Virus record (IMG/VR): IMGVR_UViG_3300012147_000006
Span: 78,156 to 142,155 of that record
From: a virus
Strand: one strand, 5' to 3'
Length of the DNA stretch: 64,000 nt
The notes under the pieces are model-generated. The model saw only the letters and a list, made by a program, of their open reading frames with translations. It was not told where the DNA came from and ran no database searches. Positions 49,883 through 59,923 of the stretch are shown piece by piece. Position 1 is the stretch's first letter. Each line of letters opens with the position of its first letter. The translations under genes and the position numbers were made by a program.

Positions 49883-50443
49883 TTATTTCTTTTTCTTTTT
49901 TTTCTTAAGACCCATGCTGTTAATCTTTTTTTGAACTGAGCTCTCATTTCTGTTTAAGCTATTAGAACAATACTTTCTGCCTTTTGTTGGATAGTTTTTC
50001 TTGAGGAAAGAAATGTCCTCTTCGGACCAAGCGCCTTTTATGTAACCGTCTTCAACATACTGCTCAACTTCATCTTTAACTTCTTGAAGTGTTTTTTGGA
50101 TATTTGTTGAGCTTACGATTAATTGCTCTCCGCCTGGGGCTTCTGAAGCTAATGGAGCAGCTACAATAGTCTCCATACTTTCAGTTGTGTGAAGCTTATC
50201 TAATACTTCGTCATTATTAGGGTTTACAACCTCTTCCATAGTAGACATAACCTTTTCTGCGTCAGCTACCAAAGGCGTGACCGTAATCAAACCTTTCTTC
50301 TTGTAGATTTGCATTATTATTGTTTCAAAGTTATCAGCAACAACCTCTTTTCCTGACCCAATTTCAATTCTCCCATCTGCTCCATTTATTCTGGCAAATA
50401 TGTTAACTGATTGGGGGGACATATTTTTAATAGTACATTTCAT
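49883..50443 (-). CDS. protein with C-terminal Myb/HTH-like domain
   Basis: WSEEDISFLKKNY...LNR...SV..K...GL. Confidence 0.65.
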   Translation of the reverse strand: MKCTIKNMSPQSVNIFARINGADGRIEIGSGKEVVADNFETIIMQIYKKKGLITVTPLVADAEKVMSTMEEVVNPNNDEVLDKLHTTESMETIVAAPLASEAPGGEQLIVSSTNIQKTLQEVKDEVEQYVEDGYIKGAWSEEDISFLKKNYPTKGRKYCSNSLNRNESSVQKKINSMGLKKKKKKK

Positions 50444-50551
50444 GTGTATAGTTTTCCATTTTTAGAAATATAGAAAGATGAGGGGTAAAAATCAAATAAA
50501 AGGACAAAAAAAATCCACCATTAAGGTGGATTCTAAATTTATAATTTTAAA

Positions 50552-52405
50552 TTAAGCTTTGTAATTAGGGTTTCTAATTAGCTTGCCTAACTCTTGATTG
50601 TAGTAGTAAGCTGTGTTTGGAACTACTGACGCTTCTCTAACAATGTTCTCAATAATGATTTCTTTGCTTTCAGAAACTTCTACAGTCTCAATAAGAGCTT
50701 TTTTGTAGTTAGGGTTGTTCACAAGATTTCCAGAGTTCATATCCAAGATAAAAGCTTTGCCTTCATTTAGATATTCATCTTCAAATACTTTAAATTCAGC
50801 ACCAGAAAGAGAACCAGGCTTGTCAACTACAACAACTGCTTTACCTTCTATTTCATCTCCATGGTCAACACCACTATTTCTTTGCATGAATTCTTTCATG
50901 TTTTGTTCTTCACCTTGCTCTCTTGATACTATTTTTGCAGAAGTACCATCTTCTATTTCTCCACCGCAAGACTCTGCAAGCTTAATGGTTGAGTTTTTAT
51001 CAAAACCAGAAAGTGCCTTCCATCTGTTAGACTCTTCTTCTTTGGTTTTTTGGTGAGTAATAATATATCTTTTGTTAACCCCTTTGTCTTCATTCTCTGT
51101 AAGAGAAGTAAATTTCTTTTTAGAAGGGTCAAAGCTTTCGCCTAACGCTGCTTTACCTTTCATTCCAGCTCTTCCTTTAGGAGAACCTTTTGAAAGCTTG
51201 TCTTCTTCTGCTGAGTTCACCTCAACTCCGTGAAGTCCAAGTGCGTGGTTTTTATCCATTCCCTTAGGAGCGTATCCATCATCATCTAATTCAACAGTTG
51301 TCCATCCGTCAACATTTTCTCTCTTAAGAGCTCTTTTCTTGTTTCTCTTAGAATAAGGAGTTTCTTCAAATCTTTCTTGTAACTTAGAATGAATGTCATC
51401 TTCTTTCAATTTGATTTTCTTTTTTTCTGAATGACCAGGAGTTACATTATCTTTAGCTTTTAATTTTACTCCTCCTTTGTGTTGCTTTACTTTGCTGCCA
51501 GTTTCTGGTAAATCATCAAGCCCTTCTGACATCTCATCATCAAAGTCTCCTCCTTTACCAAAAGCTCCAGGAGTAAGGTATCCACCAGCTCCAGCGCCAC
51601 CACCACTTGCAGTAACTTCGTCAACTGTATCCTCTTCTTCTTCGTCAAACAACAAGTTGTCTTTAGAGTTCGCACTCTTAACTTCTTTACTGTTTGGTTC
51701 AACTTCTTTTTTAGCTGATTCCATTATCTTACCAAGAGTTTCATTGAAGTCTCCTTTAAGAATGTCTGTTAAACTTAGTTTTTTCATATTGCTTTCTACC
51801 ATTGAGTTAATACTTTTTTCAGTTCTATCCTCAATACCTAATTTTGTACTAAAGAAATAAGCAGCTTCTTTATCTGCAAATTTATCAAGAACCTTTTTAA
51901 GGTCTTTCTTGAAGTCTGAAATATTATCTACTTTGAATGTTTGTTTGTTGTTTATCATGTAGGCACCATTCTTTTCGTCTTGGTGACCTCTAAACGCTGC
52001 TTGCTCTGTTGTTTGGTATGTGAAGTCCATTGTTTCAGATTCGCAATCAATATCAACGTGAATTTCTGCAACCATTTTCTTACCACCATAACTAAGATTC
52101 TTCTCAAAGAATCCGTTTGTAGCCTTTGGTCCTTTAACTCTGTTAATTGTAACAGTGTCTTGACCTTTCTTAACTCCAGTACCATAAGTAGTGCCGTCTC
52201 CGTACACGCCTCTGTTCCAACCTTGTTCGCCTTTAGCGTCTTTTGGTTCACGAGTTTTTATACCTTCAGATTTGAAGGCTGCTTCAGTAGATTTAATCAA
52301 CTGTTCTTCAATTGCATCATACACATCAGACTTAAGCTTTTGGTTTTTTGCAAATTCAGAACCTTGTTCATCATTCTTCTCTGGGTTATTTTCTATATTG
52401 GCCAT
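50552..52405 (-). CDS. large hydrophilic putative head/internal protein
   Basis: TATTTAT; many (I/L/V)xE motifs; low complexity. Confidence 0.55.
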   Translation of the reverse strand: MANIENNPEKNDEQGSEFAKNQKLKSDVYDAIEEQLIKSTEAAFKSEGIKTREPKDAKGEQGWNRGVYGDGTTYGTGVKKGQDTVTINRVKGPKATNGFFEKNLSYGGKKMVAEIHVDIDCESETMDFTYQTTEQAAFRGHQDEKNGAYMINNKQTFKVDNISDFKKDLKKVLDKFADKEAAYFFSTKLGIEDRTEKSINSMVESNMKKLSLTDILKGDFNETLGKIMESAKKEVEPNSKEVKSANSKDNLLFDEEEEDTVDEVTASGGGAGAGGYLTPGAFGKGGDFDDEMSEGLDDLPETGSKVKQHKGGVKLKAKDNVTPGHSEKKKIKLKEDDIHSKLQERFEETPYSKRNKKRALKRENVDGWTTVELDDDGYAPKGMDKNHALGLHGVEVNSAEEDKLSKGSPKGRAGMKGKAALGESFDPSKKKFTSLTENEDKGVNKRYIITHQKTKEEESNRWKALSGFDKNSTIKLAESCGGEIEDGTSAKIVSREQGEEQNMKEFMQRNSGVDHGDEIEGKAVVVVDKPGSLSGAEFKVFEDEYLNEGKAFILDMNSGNLVNNPNYKKALIETVEVSESKEIIIENIVREASVVPNTAYYYNQELGKLIRNPNYKA

Positions 52406-52567
52406 TTAAAAGATGTTTTCTAATAAATAGACCAAAAAAACTGATTTACAACAAAAAGACCTACCAAAAAATGATAGGTCTATAGCATAGTAATAAAGAG
52501 GCTTGCGCTGCCCGTAGCAAGATATGTGTTAGTACGGCTTAACAATGCCAGTTGCGCATGTTTAATC

Positions 52568-52885
52568 TCACCCTCCAATGTTTTGTTTTATTAACCCTTT
52601 AGATTTCCATGCGTTCCAGGTTTCTTCGTCAACAGTGTGTCTAAACCCAGGGTTATCAAGATACATCATACCTTTATACATGTATCCAATAAACCTTCTT
52701 CTGGTTTTTGTAACCACTTTATTTTTCATCCTCCCAGTGTAAGCGTCAACGTCATCAAGATTATACTCCTCCTCAGTAGCGTTAAAGGTATGTATTTTAT
52801 ACTTCTTTTCAGCAAACAGCCAGAATCTATAGTTCCAAGATGCATTAAGTATGTAGAATCTTAGCTTTGATTGTTTCCATTTCAT
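52568..52885 (-). CDS. hypothetical protein
   Basis: ORF. Confidence 0.6.
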   Translation of the reverse strand: MKWKQSKLRFYILNASWNYRFWLFAEKKYKIHTFNATEEEYNLDDVDAYTGRMKNKVVTKTRRRFIGYMYKGMMYLDNPGFRHTVDEETWNAWKSKGLIKQNIGG

Positions 52886-53112
52886 CCGAGAGTCATTTTA
52901 ACAAACACAAAATATATAAGAAAAACTATCAATGAAGCGATACCGAGAATCATGAAGAAAAATGTAGAGTTAAACCTAAACCTTCTCCATATAGATAATT
53001 CATCATATCCATCCTGACCTCTTGTAGCTTTGTAGTCGCCAAAAACATTCCATCCAACAAATCCTGCTGCAACTGCCATTAAGGCTAATATAACTTTAAG
53101 TACTATTATCAT
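52882..53112 (-). CDS. two-TM membrane protein
   Basis: hydrophobic segments. Confidence 0.65.
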   Translation of the reverse strand: MIIVLKVILALMAVAAGFVGWNVFGDYKATRGQDGYDELSIWRRFRFNSTFFFMILGIASLIVFLIYFVFVKMTLG

Positions 53113-53411
53113 TTTTCTGAAGGGTTTTGTGATTCAGAGCCCCCATCAGAACCTATACCAAGGTCTTCAGAAGATTCTTTTGTATTTTTTGTCTGCACCA
53201 TTGATTGGGCTATTTGAATCATGAAGTGCTCATTTTCTTGCATCACACCGTTTATCCTGTGCAGTTCAGACATTTCGCTCTTAAGCTTAGAAACAAGGTT
53301 AACTTCCTTGTCTCTATTGCTTAAAAGAGCCATAATGTTATCCATAACAACAGTTCTATCCTCTGATAGAGAAGTCATTACTTTGGATAATATGTCTAAT
53401 TGGGTTGCCAT
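53109..53411 (-). CDS. hypothetical protein
   Basis: coupled ORF. Confidence 0.65.
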   Translation of the reverse strand: MATQLDILSKVMTSLSEDRTVVMDNIMALLSNRDKEVNLVSKLKSEMSELHRINGVMQENEHFMIQIAQSMVQTKNTKESSEDLGIGSDGGSESQNPSEK

Positions 53412-53872
53412 TAGTTTGATTCTGCAGATACTCTTGAAATCTCTACGTCAAGGTCTTGGTGATATACATCAACAATTGTAGAAAGCGCAACTCCAGTAGT
53501 TTCGAAATCAAACATTGCATCTTCAAGGTTGTTCTCAAGATTTGTAGTAGCGTCTTGTACAGACGTAGCCTCAATCATGTAGTTCTGCTTTGTCTTGCTT
53601 ATTTTTCCGTTGTCATCTTCATCAGAAATAGTGATTTTTCCTAAATACCAATGTCCTCCTTCGTTATTTCTGATAATTTCAGTAATCTCAGTAACTGACA
53701 TAGCATGCACAAGGAATTCTCCAGATGCAGTTTGGCCTATTTCTTTATTTATTCTTGCTTCAGCATCAGTGAAAGATACTGCTGGAAGTAAAAAGGCTTC
53801 ATTTAATTTCTTAACCTCTTCGTCTTCTCCGATTTTGTTGTACTTTACCTTTACGGTATACCATCTGTTCAT
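53411..53872 (-). CDS. DUF4494 family protein
   Basis: W..KVKY.K, A.SFTDAEARI, WY..KI, IVDVY. Confidence 0.8.
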   Translation of the reverse strand: MNRWYTVKVKYNKIGEDEEVKKLNEAFLLPAVSFTDAEARINKEIGQTASGEFLVHAMSVTEITEIIRNNEGGHWYLGKITISDEDDNGKISKTKQNYMIEATSVQDATTNLENNLEDAMFDFETTGVALSTIVDVYHQDLDVEISRVSAESN

Positions 53873-53930
53873 AATGTATTGTTTTAATTATTTGTACAAA
53901 TGTAAAGATTTCTACAATAAAAAACAACAC

Positions 53931-54578
53931 TTATCTATGAATTCTGTGATTGTTGGTGCTCATTGATTTGGTATCGAATATTCCCATACCTTTATTATTA
54001 CCTGCTCCACCAGCTTGTCTAAGGTTCTTTTTAGTATTTAGATTACTTTGATTTAGATTGTCAAGCTGCTGGTTAACCCACTCTTTTCCAGAATCTCCAC
54101 CATGAAGCTCCCAGGCTTGAATTGGTCCAGAGTTTTGAATTGTCTTACCCGCAGCTTTGTCGGCATTGTAAGCTTCTTGACCTGTTTCAAAAAAAGATTT
54201 CATCTTCTTCATCATGTCGTAACCCTGAGTTTGCTTAGAAGCAAGCTCTTTGGCTTTATTAAGACCTGAACCGTGACCAGTTCCAGATTGTGTTTGATTG
54301 TTTCCTGAAACAGCATTAAGCGCTTCTTGAGCTCTTTGTGCTACATTTGGCGGAGGAGTAAATGATTTATTATTATCAAACGTAACCGCTTCAAACAAAA
54401 CTTTTCTAATTATTTTTCTAACTTCATTCATCGCCATGGTTCTTTCCCATATCTCTTGATTGAATTCTGGCTCTTCTGGTCTTTGTTGTCCAAATTGAAG
54501 GACGTGAAGTTGGTCCATAGTATATCCTACAGCCAAATAATCATCCACTTCGTCTTCGTATACGTATACGTAAGTCAT
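53931..54578 (-). CDS. putative head protein
   Basis: VRKIIRKVLFE; PP.V..A, MKSFF, AW.LHGGD.G..W motif. Confidence 0.6.
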   Translation of the reverse strand: MTYVYVYEDEVDDYLAVGYTMDQLHVLQFGQQRPEEPEFNQEIWERTMAMNEVRKIIRKVLFEAVTFDNNKSFTPPPNVAQRAQEALNAVSGNNQTQSGTGHGSGLNKAKELASKQTQGYDMMKKMKSFFETGQEAYNADKAAGKTIQNSGPIQAWELHGGDSGKEWVNQQLDNLNQSNLNTKKNLRQAGGAGNNKGMGIFDTKSMSTNNHRIHR

Positions 54579-55060
54579 TATGACATCATTTTAAGAATAG
54601 CAGACTTAATGTCTTGAGGAAGCTTAGATGAAAACCCAAGGTTAGCGAGATTCCAGTTTACTTCATCATAAAAAGCTATATTATTAACAGGAGCACCTGA
54701 TTCAAGAGTTCTTCTAATGCTAATCATAAGACCTTCTCCTTCTCTAAGTGCAATATTGTTTCCTTGAGCACCTTGATATTGAGTAGGGTTTTCATACATG
54801 CTATCAACAATAGTGCTAACACTCTTTCCTTGATTTACTGCATGCTGACCTCCTGCACTATCGTTTCCGCCCATGAAATTACCTCTCTGACCTTCTCTTA
54901 GTCCAGCGTTCTTTTCTCCAGAAGAAAGCTCTGAAAGCCTTTTGTAATCTTCCTGAAGTTTTTCTGCATTAGTCTCTTCTCTTTCTTCCTTAAAGATTTC
55001 TCCTTGAGTTTCGAATGACTGTGTAAGCTTGCGCATTCTATCTTTTTCGTTTTCTTTCAT
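54578..55060 (-). CDS. putative head protein
   Basis: EKDRMRKL, LQE, LRE motifs. Confidence 0.55.
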   Translation of the reverse strand: MKENEKDRMRKLTQSFETQGEIFKEEREETNAEKLQEDYKRLSELSSGEKNAGLREGQRGNFMGGNDSAGGQHAVNQGKSVSTIVDSMYENPTQYQGAQGNNIALREGEGLMISIRRTLESGAPVNNIAFYDEVNWNLANLGFSSKLPQDIKSAILKMMS

Positions 55061-55072
55061 TGTAATATATTT

Positions 55073-55531
55073 TTACCAAGTAACTGCTCCTATTCCCATA
55101 TCTCCAGAATAAAATCTGATAGATTTAGGAACCATTGATTTGTAAATTTTTTCGAGGTCAAACTTAGGACTTGCAACCATTGAGTTAGTAGAGTTATTTG
55201 GCATATCTCCATCAAGGTCAATGTCTCCATTGTCATCTACTATTTCATTCAAACTTTCATCTCCTTCTGTTGATTGAGAAAGAAAGTCTACTATAAAATA
55301 TTTGAATATGTCTTGGAATTGGTCTTTGTTCTTTTCGACCCAACCTTTAAAGTCTGAAGTTTTAACAACAAGATTAGCTTTTTTTCCATAGGTAGTAATG
55401 AAATCAATCTTAATGTCTTCGCCATCAAAATTAACATCAATAACTTTATCTATCTCACCTGGAGATAAACTTACTACTTCTTCGCCTTCTTTTAGAAGAA
55501 CGCTTAAACATATGTCTTTTAGTTTTTTCAT
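55073..55531 (-). CDS. putative head protein
   Basis: TATTTAT; LNEIVD..G motif. Confidence 0.55.
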   Translation of the reverse strand: MKKLKDICLSVLLKEGEEVVSLSPGEIDKVIDVNFDGEDIKIDFITTYGKKANLVVKTSDFKGWVEKNKDQFQDIFKYFIVDFLSQSTEGDESLNEIVDDNGDIDLDGDMPNNSTNSMVASPKFDLEKIYKSMVPKSIRFYSGDMGIGAVTW

Positions 55532-55569
55532 CGAGCGCTTTTCTAATAAATAGAAGGAAATTAAAGAAA

Positions 55570-55980
55570 CTACACCTTATTTAGCCACTCGTCTATTAAA
55601 TTTGATTTTACAGAAAAACACTGCACTTCTGACTGATTTAATTCAGCACCAGTATAAACATCTACTCTACTTGAAGTTGCTGGAGATGCAAATGATGTAA
55701 ACGACATTCCACTCTGAATTGTTCTCATAGAAGTTTCGCCTTGAATACTCAAGGGATAAAGCATGATGTTGTCTTCATATTGAACTACGCTGCTTACAAT
55801 TTCAGATGGCTCATTGACATACTGATTTGTATACTTTCTGTTTAACACATTACCATCAACACTGTAGAAGCATTTTAACTCCCTCTCTTCGTCTTTAAAT
55901 TCTGCATAACTAACAAGATTGTTGCACTTGTCATATATTCCTATGCTGCTATAACTTTTCTCCATCTTCCAGTTCTTCAC
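55570..55980 (-). CDS. hypothetical protein
   Basis: ORF. Confidence 0.6.
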   Translation of the reverse strand: MKNWKMEKSYSSIGIYDKCNNLVSYAEFKDEERELKCFYSVDGNVLNRKYTNQYVNEPSEIVSSVVQYEDNIMLYPLSIQGETSMRTIQSGMSFTSFASPATSSRVDVYTGAELNQSEVQCFSVKSNLIDEWLNKV

Positions 55981-57952
55981 TAAGTTTTAAATCTTTAATT
56001 GGTCTGAAAGAAACATCTTTATCTGTTAGATAGTTCATCATGAGGTTTTTAAACCTGTTGCTCCCCTGTTCGTTAGCAAAACCTTTTACTTGGTCAAACT
56101 CAAGACCATCTCTTGAATAGTATTTGAATCCGACAGTGAACCTTTCAAGTTCTTTAGCTGGTCTATTAGGGTCTCTATCATAAACTGTAGCCATAAGATA
56201 ATTACCTTGAGCTACATTGGGAGCGTATTGAGAAGCGCTGTGTCTCATATCAATACCCTCTTTGATGATTAACCCTGGAGAATCAAGAAGATGCATCTCA
56301 AGAGGCCCTTCATAATCCCCTTCACCTTTAGACTCAAGGAATCTAAATTTAGAAACGAATTCTTTGATTGCTCCAGTTTTCTCTTCCTCACTTTTAACTT
56401 TATAGAAAGTCACAAGATTATCGTGATAATCAACCAAGTCAGAGTAAGTCTTGATTTTGTTGAAGTGCTTCTTTGGGTCGAACTTCATGATTTCCATCAT
56501 CATTCTTGCATCATCATACTCTACAAAAGAAAACTCTCTTACATTTTTGTAATCCTTGTGGAAGAATCTATTCTCAACGAAATCATCAATAATGCAAAGA
56601 ACCTTGTCAAGCTCCTTTGGGTCCATTTTATCTCTAAAGTAGAAAACATCAATTGCATGCGTCAATAAATCGAGGTCATGCCTTTGAAGAAGTGAAATAA
56701 CTCCTTTTTTGTCATAAAACTTGAAGTATTTAATTATCTGTTTGTATTGAGAGAAGTTTGTAATATGATTGTAAATAAATTTAGAAATAGTACCATCTTC
56801 AACAGCATCCATTACTTGATACTTGCCATCAACCTTAACAACTTTACCGCTTTTGTAATTTTTATTAAGATTAATTTTATAATTAGCAGACTCATCAGTT
56901 TCTTCTATCTTGTAATTAAGCTTATCTTCTTCTTTGTTTATTGTGTTTTCGTAATCAATTCTTTGTTTTGATTTAAAGGCAAAGTCATGAACTTCTTTGT
57001 TGTCTCCATTTACCTCTTCATTAAGTTTGTTGATGTACTTTGTAACCAAAAAGTTAAATATGTTTACTGGAGATGTTGCGCCAGACTCTATCATTTCTTC
57101 AGAAGAAGGTATGTCACACTCAAGCATAAGGTCATATAAGAACTGAGAACCCTTGGTGAGTGCTACAGTTGAAAGGTTTGAATACTTGATTATTCCAAAA
57201 AATATAGAAAGAAGCTTCTTCATGTAAGGTATTCCAATCTCCATAGGAGCGCTTCTGATTGATTCTAAGAACTCTGATACTATTTCGCTATTCTTGGTAT
57301 CAGAAACGAAATTAGCAAGCCTGTTAACGTACATATGAAGCTTCATAAAGTCAACAACCTTATCTGTTTCTTTTATGAAGAACTTGTCTACATACTTTAT
57401 CGCTTCATCAAGACCAAACTCAACTTCTTGAGTATTTCCAAAATCTTGATATGTTAGCTTTTTACTTTCCTTTTCAAATCTTATGTACTTAATTGATTCA
57501 TCAAATACTACTTTAAATTCTTTTTCACCATCAATTTCTCTTGAGGCGATTTCTGGACAAGCTTTTGCGTAATAAAATATTAAATCTGTATCAGTTTCCT
57601 TGAAGTCGTATCCAGAGATAAAATAAGTACCAATGGGAATAAGTTTTCTTCTAATGTCTGGGTTGCTAAAGTTTTTTTCACAATGAGGACATTGAACCTT
57701 TTTGTCTAATGCAAGCTTTATGTCTTTATACATTTCTCCATAAATATCATCACCCTCTTCTTCCTCTTTTTCTCCGAAAAGATTTAAAGGTTTTTTGGCA
57801 CTAAGTGCAGTGTCAAGTTCCAACACCTCTTCTTCGTTGCTGCTTATAAAACTTTCCCCGCAGCTGCAAAAGTATTTATCCTCTTCTTTGCCTTCTATGA
57901 CAAAGGAATATTCTGAACTAATATTGTCTAAATTTAGAATTTGATTTTCCAT
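55949..57952 (-). CDS. zinc-ribbon plus PcfJ-like domain protein
   Basis: CSCG/CPHC; HD.L, EG..M.H, Q.KGFAN. Confidence 0.65.
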   Translation of the reverse strand: MENQILNLDNISSEYSFVIEGKEEDKYFCSCGESFISSNEEEVLELDTALSAKKPLNLFGEKEEEEGDDIYGEMYKDIKLALDKKVQCPHCEKNFSNPDIRRKLIPIGTYFISGYDFKETDTDLIFYYAKACPEIASREIDGEKEFKVVFDESIKYIRFEKESKKLTYQDFGNTQEVEFGLDEAIKYVDKFFIKETDKVVDFMKLHMYVNRLANFVSDTKNSEIVSEFLESIRSAPMEIGIPYMKKLLSIFFGIIKYSNLSTVALTKGSQFLYDLMLECDIPSSEEMIESGATSPVNIFNFLVTKYINKLNEEVNGDNKEVHDFAFKSKQRIDYENTINKEEDKLNYKIEETDESANYKINLNKNYKSGKVVKVDGKYQVMDAVEDGTISKFIYNHITNFSQYKQIIKYFKFYDKKGVISLLQRHDLDLLTHAIDVFYFRDKMDPKELDKVLCIIDDFVENRFFHKDYKNVREFSFVEYDDARMMMEIMKFDPKKHFNKIKTYSDLVDYHDNLVTFYKVKSEEEKTGAIKEFVSKFRFLESKGEGDYEGPLEMHLLDSPGLIIKEGIDMRHSASQYAPNVAQGNYLMATVYDRDPNRPAKELERFTVGFKYYSRDGLEFDQVKGFANEQGSNRFKNLMMNYLTDKDVSFRPIKDLKLSEELEDGEKL

Positions 57953-58047
57953 ATTATAATTTCTTTTGTAGAAATATATTCATTTAATACAAAAAAACCA
58001 AGACTTTTGGCCTTGGTTTAGTTTTAAATGATATTTTTATGTATTAC

Positions 58048-58746
58048 TTATAGTAATTTAGATACTTTTTTAGCAGCTTCATTAATAAAGCTCATAAGTT
58101 CTTTTTTGTTTTTGAACCCTTCTGGAAGTTCGATTCCTTTGGCAATTCTTCCGTATGAATCTTCTTTTTCAGGAGCCTTTTCTTTAGAGACAGCTTTCTT
58201 TTGACCTGTTGTGTGTTTTTCTCCACCTGTAACATCACCACCTGCTTCAACGTAAGTCTTAGCTCCAACATCATCAATATTTTTGTCTTGAGAGTTCATC
58301 TCAACTTTATCCTTTCTGTCCTCATAAGGAGTAGAAGCTTTAGTTGATTGGTTACCTTTTTTGCTTTCAAAGTTACCATTCTTCATCCCTTCGATGTGTG
58401 GGTTATCAGAAGTTCCTTTTTTAGTAGAGTTTGCAGCGTCAACTTTTACAGCTGCAGCAATTTTTTCATCATGACCTTGGTCGTTGTCATTTTTGTTCAT
58501 CTTAACATCAGTAGGCAATTCTTCATTGCTCATGTTAGCTTTTTTCTTTTCAAATTGACCAGCTCCAGTAGATTTAGTGTATGCAGAACCGTCAGAGTTA
58601 TCCACTCTATCCATTTGGTTCATATCCACGTCCATAGTGTCTCCAGCGTCAACAATCTTGTCAGCTTCTTCTTTTAAGATTTTAGAAGCCTCTTCTTTAA
58701 TAAGTGTTTTAAGGTCTTCAGCGGAAATAGTTATCTTCTTGTTCAT
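58048..58746 (-). CDS. putative head scaffold/internal protein
   Basis: LKTLIKEEA, FINEAA; TATTTAT upstream. Confidence 0.55.
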   Translation of the reverse strand: MNKKITISAEDLKTLIKEEASKILKEEADKIVDAGDTMDVDMNQMDRVDNSDGSAYTKSTGAGQFEKKKANMSNEELPTDVKMNKNDNDQGHDEKIAAAVKVDAANSTKKGTSDNPHIEGMKNGNFESKKGNQSTKASTPYEDRKDKVEMNSQDKNIDDVGAKTYVEAGGDVTGGEKHTTGQKKAVSKEKAPEKEDSYGRIAKGIELPEGFKNKKELMSFINEAAKKVSKLL

Positions 58747-58868
58747 GTGATGTAATTTATCTATAAATATTGCAGAAAATAGAAAAATCAGTATATTCTT
58801 TAAACTTTTTTCCTATATTTGCGTATAAGTAAATAGTTATAGAAAACAGTTATACTAAAAATTAAAAA

Positions 58869-59414
58869 TTGAGTAGGAACAATAACAGAGGCAAACGAGA
58901 GGTGCCAGGCTCTAAATATATCATTAACGATAAAGTAAGAGCAAGAGAGGTGAGAGTTGTAGAAGGCTTAGAAAGTCGTGTATACTCCACAGAAGATGCG
59001 CTTAGAGAAGCTGCAGCACTGGGTTTAGACCTTGTGGTTACAAACATGAACACGAGTCCGCTAATATGCAAAGTAGTTGATTTCAAAAAATTCTTATACG
59101 AAGAAAAGAAAAGGAAAAAAGAATTAGAATCTAATCAGGTAAAAGTGATTATGAAAGAAGTTCAATTTTCTCCAAATATTGGTGAACATGATTATGAAAC
59201 CAAAAAAAGAAATGTTGTTAAATTCCTTGAGAGAGGAAATAAAGTAAAGTGTACTGTATTCTTTAAGGGTAGAACTATTATGTTTAAAGACAAAGGAGAA
59301 TTAGTTCTTGCCAAATTAGCTACAGAAATAGAAGATACTGGAACCCCAGAGGCAATGCCTAAGTTGATTGGGAAAAGAATGTCTTTTATTATAAAACCTA
59401 TAAAAAAGAAATAA
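58869..59414 (+). CDS. infC: translation initiation factor IF-3 (TTG start)
   Basis: IN..R..EVRV, LDLV, DFKKFLYE, KEV.F.P.I.EHD, FL..G.KVK, F.GR. Confidence 0.93.
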   Translation: MSRNNNRGKREVPGSKYIINDKVRAREVRVVEGLESRVYSTEDALREAAALGLDLVVTNMNTSPLICKVVDFKKFLYEEKKRKKELESNQVKVIMKEVQFSPNIGEHDYETKKRNVVKFLERGNKVKCTVFFKGRTIMFKDKGELVLAKLATEIEDTGTPEAMPKLIGKRMSFIIKPIKKK

Positions 59415-59923
59415 TGGAGGAAGAGGAAGAGAAGTTTATATTACAACCTGTAATATCTCCATCCGAGAAAGCGTTTAGAGAAAAAGTTGGAGCCGAAACA
59501 TGGGAGACTATACAAAACAAAACACTGAGAGATGGTAACTACAAATGTAAAGGATGTGGTTTTGAACCGTATGATGTAGACCCAAATAGTGTAATGTCTG
59601 CTCACCTTGTAGAAGAGGATGAAAAAGATGCGATAAAATCAAAAACCACTATAGCATGTCAGCTTTGTCACATAATTCAACACGCAGACGTTGCAATTGA
59701 AAAGGGTTATGTAGAACTTGTCAATAGCCATTACACCCAAGGAGAGCTTGTAAATATTTGCAGAAATGGCGATGCTCCTTTTCATATAGAAAAAGGGGAA
59801 ATTAGACACATAAAAAAAGCTCTTCCAATTTTCTTAGAAGAGCTTAATTCAGGGAGGTCAAAAGAGGGTAAGGTTAAATTCCTACTAACCACTTCTTACC
59901 TTAGTTCTATTGGTATATTTTAG
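59414..59923 (+). CDS. HNH-fold zinc protein, IcmJ/DotN-like
   Basis: RD..CKGCGF, ACQLCH..QH, TQGEL..IC. Confidence 0.55.
   Translation: MEEEEEKFILQPVISPSEKAFREKVGAETWETIQNKTLRDGNYKCKGCGFEPYDVDPNSVMSAHLVEEDEKDAIKSKTTIACQLCHIIQHADVAIEKGYVELVNSHYTQGELVNICRNGDAPFHIEKGEIRHIKKALPIFLEELNSGRSKEGKVKFLLTTSYLSSIGIF

Noticed and set aside
52490-52562. GC-richer intergenic patch with a CTTGC/GCAAG hairpin
   Set aside because: A single short stem with no promoter or other support.
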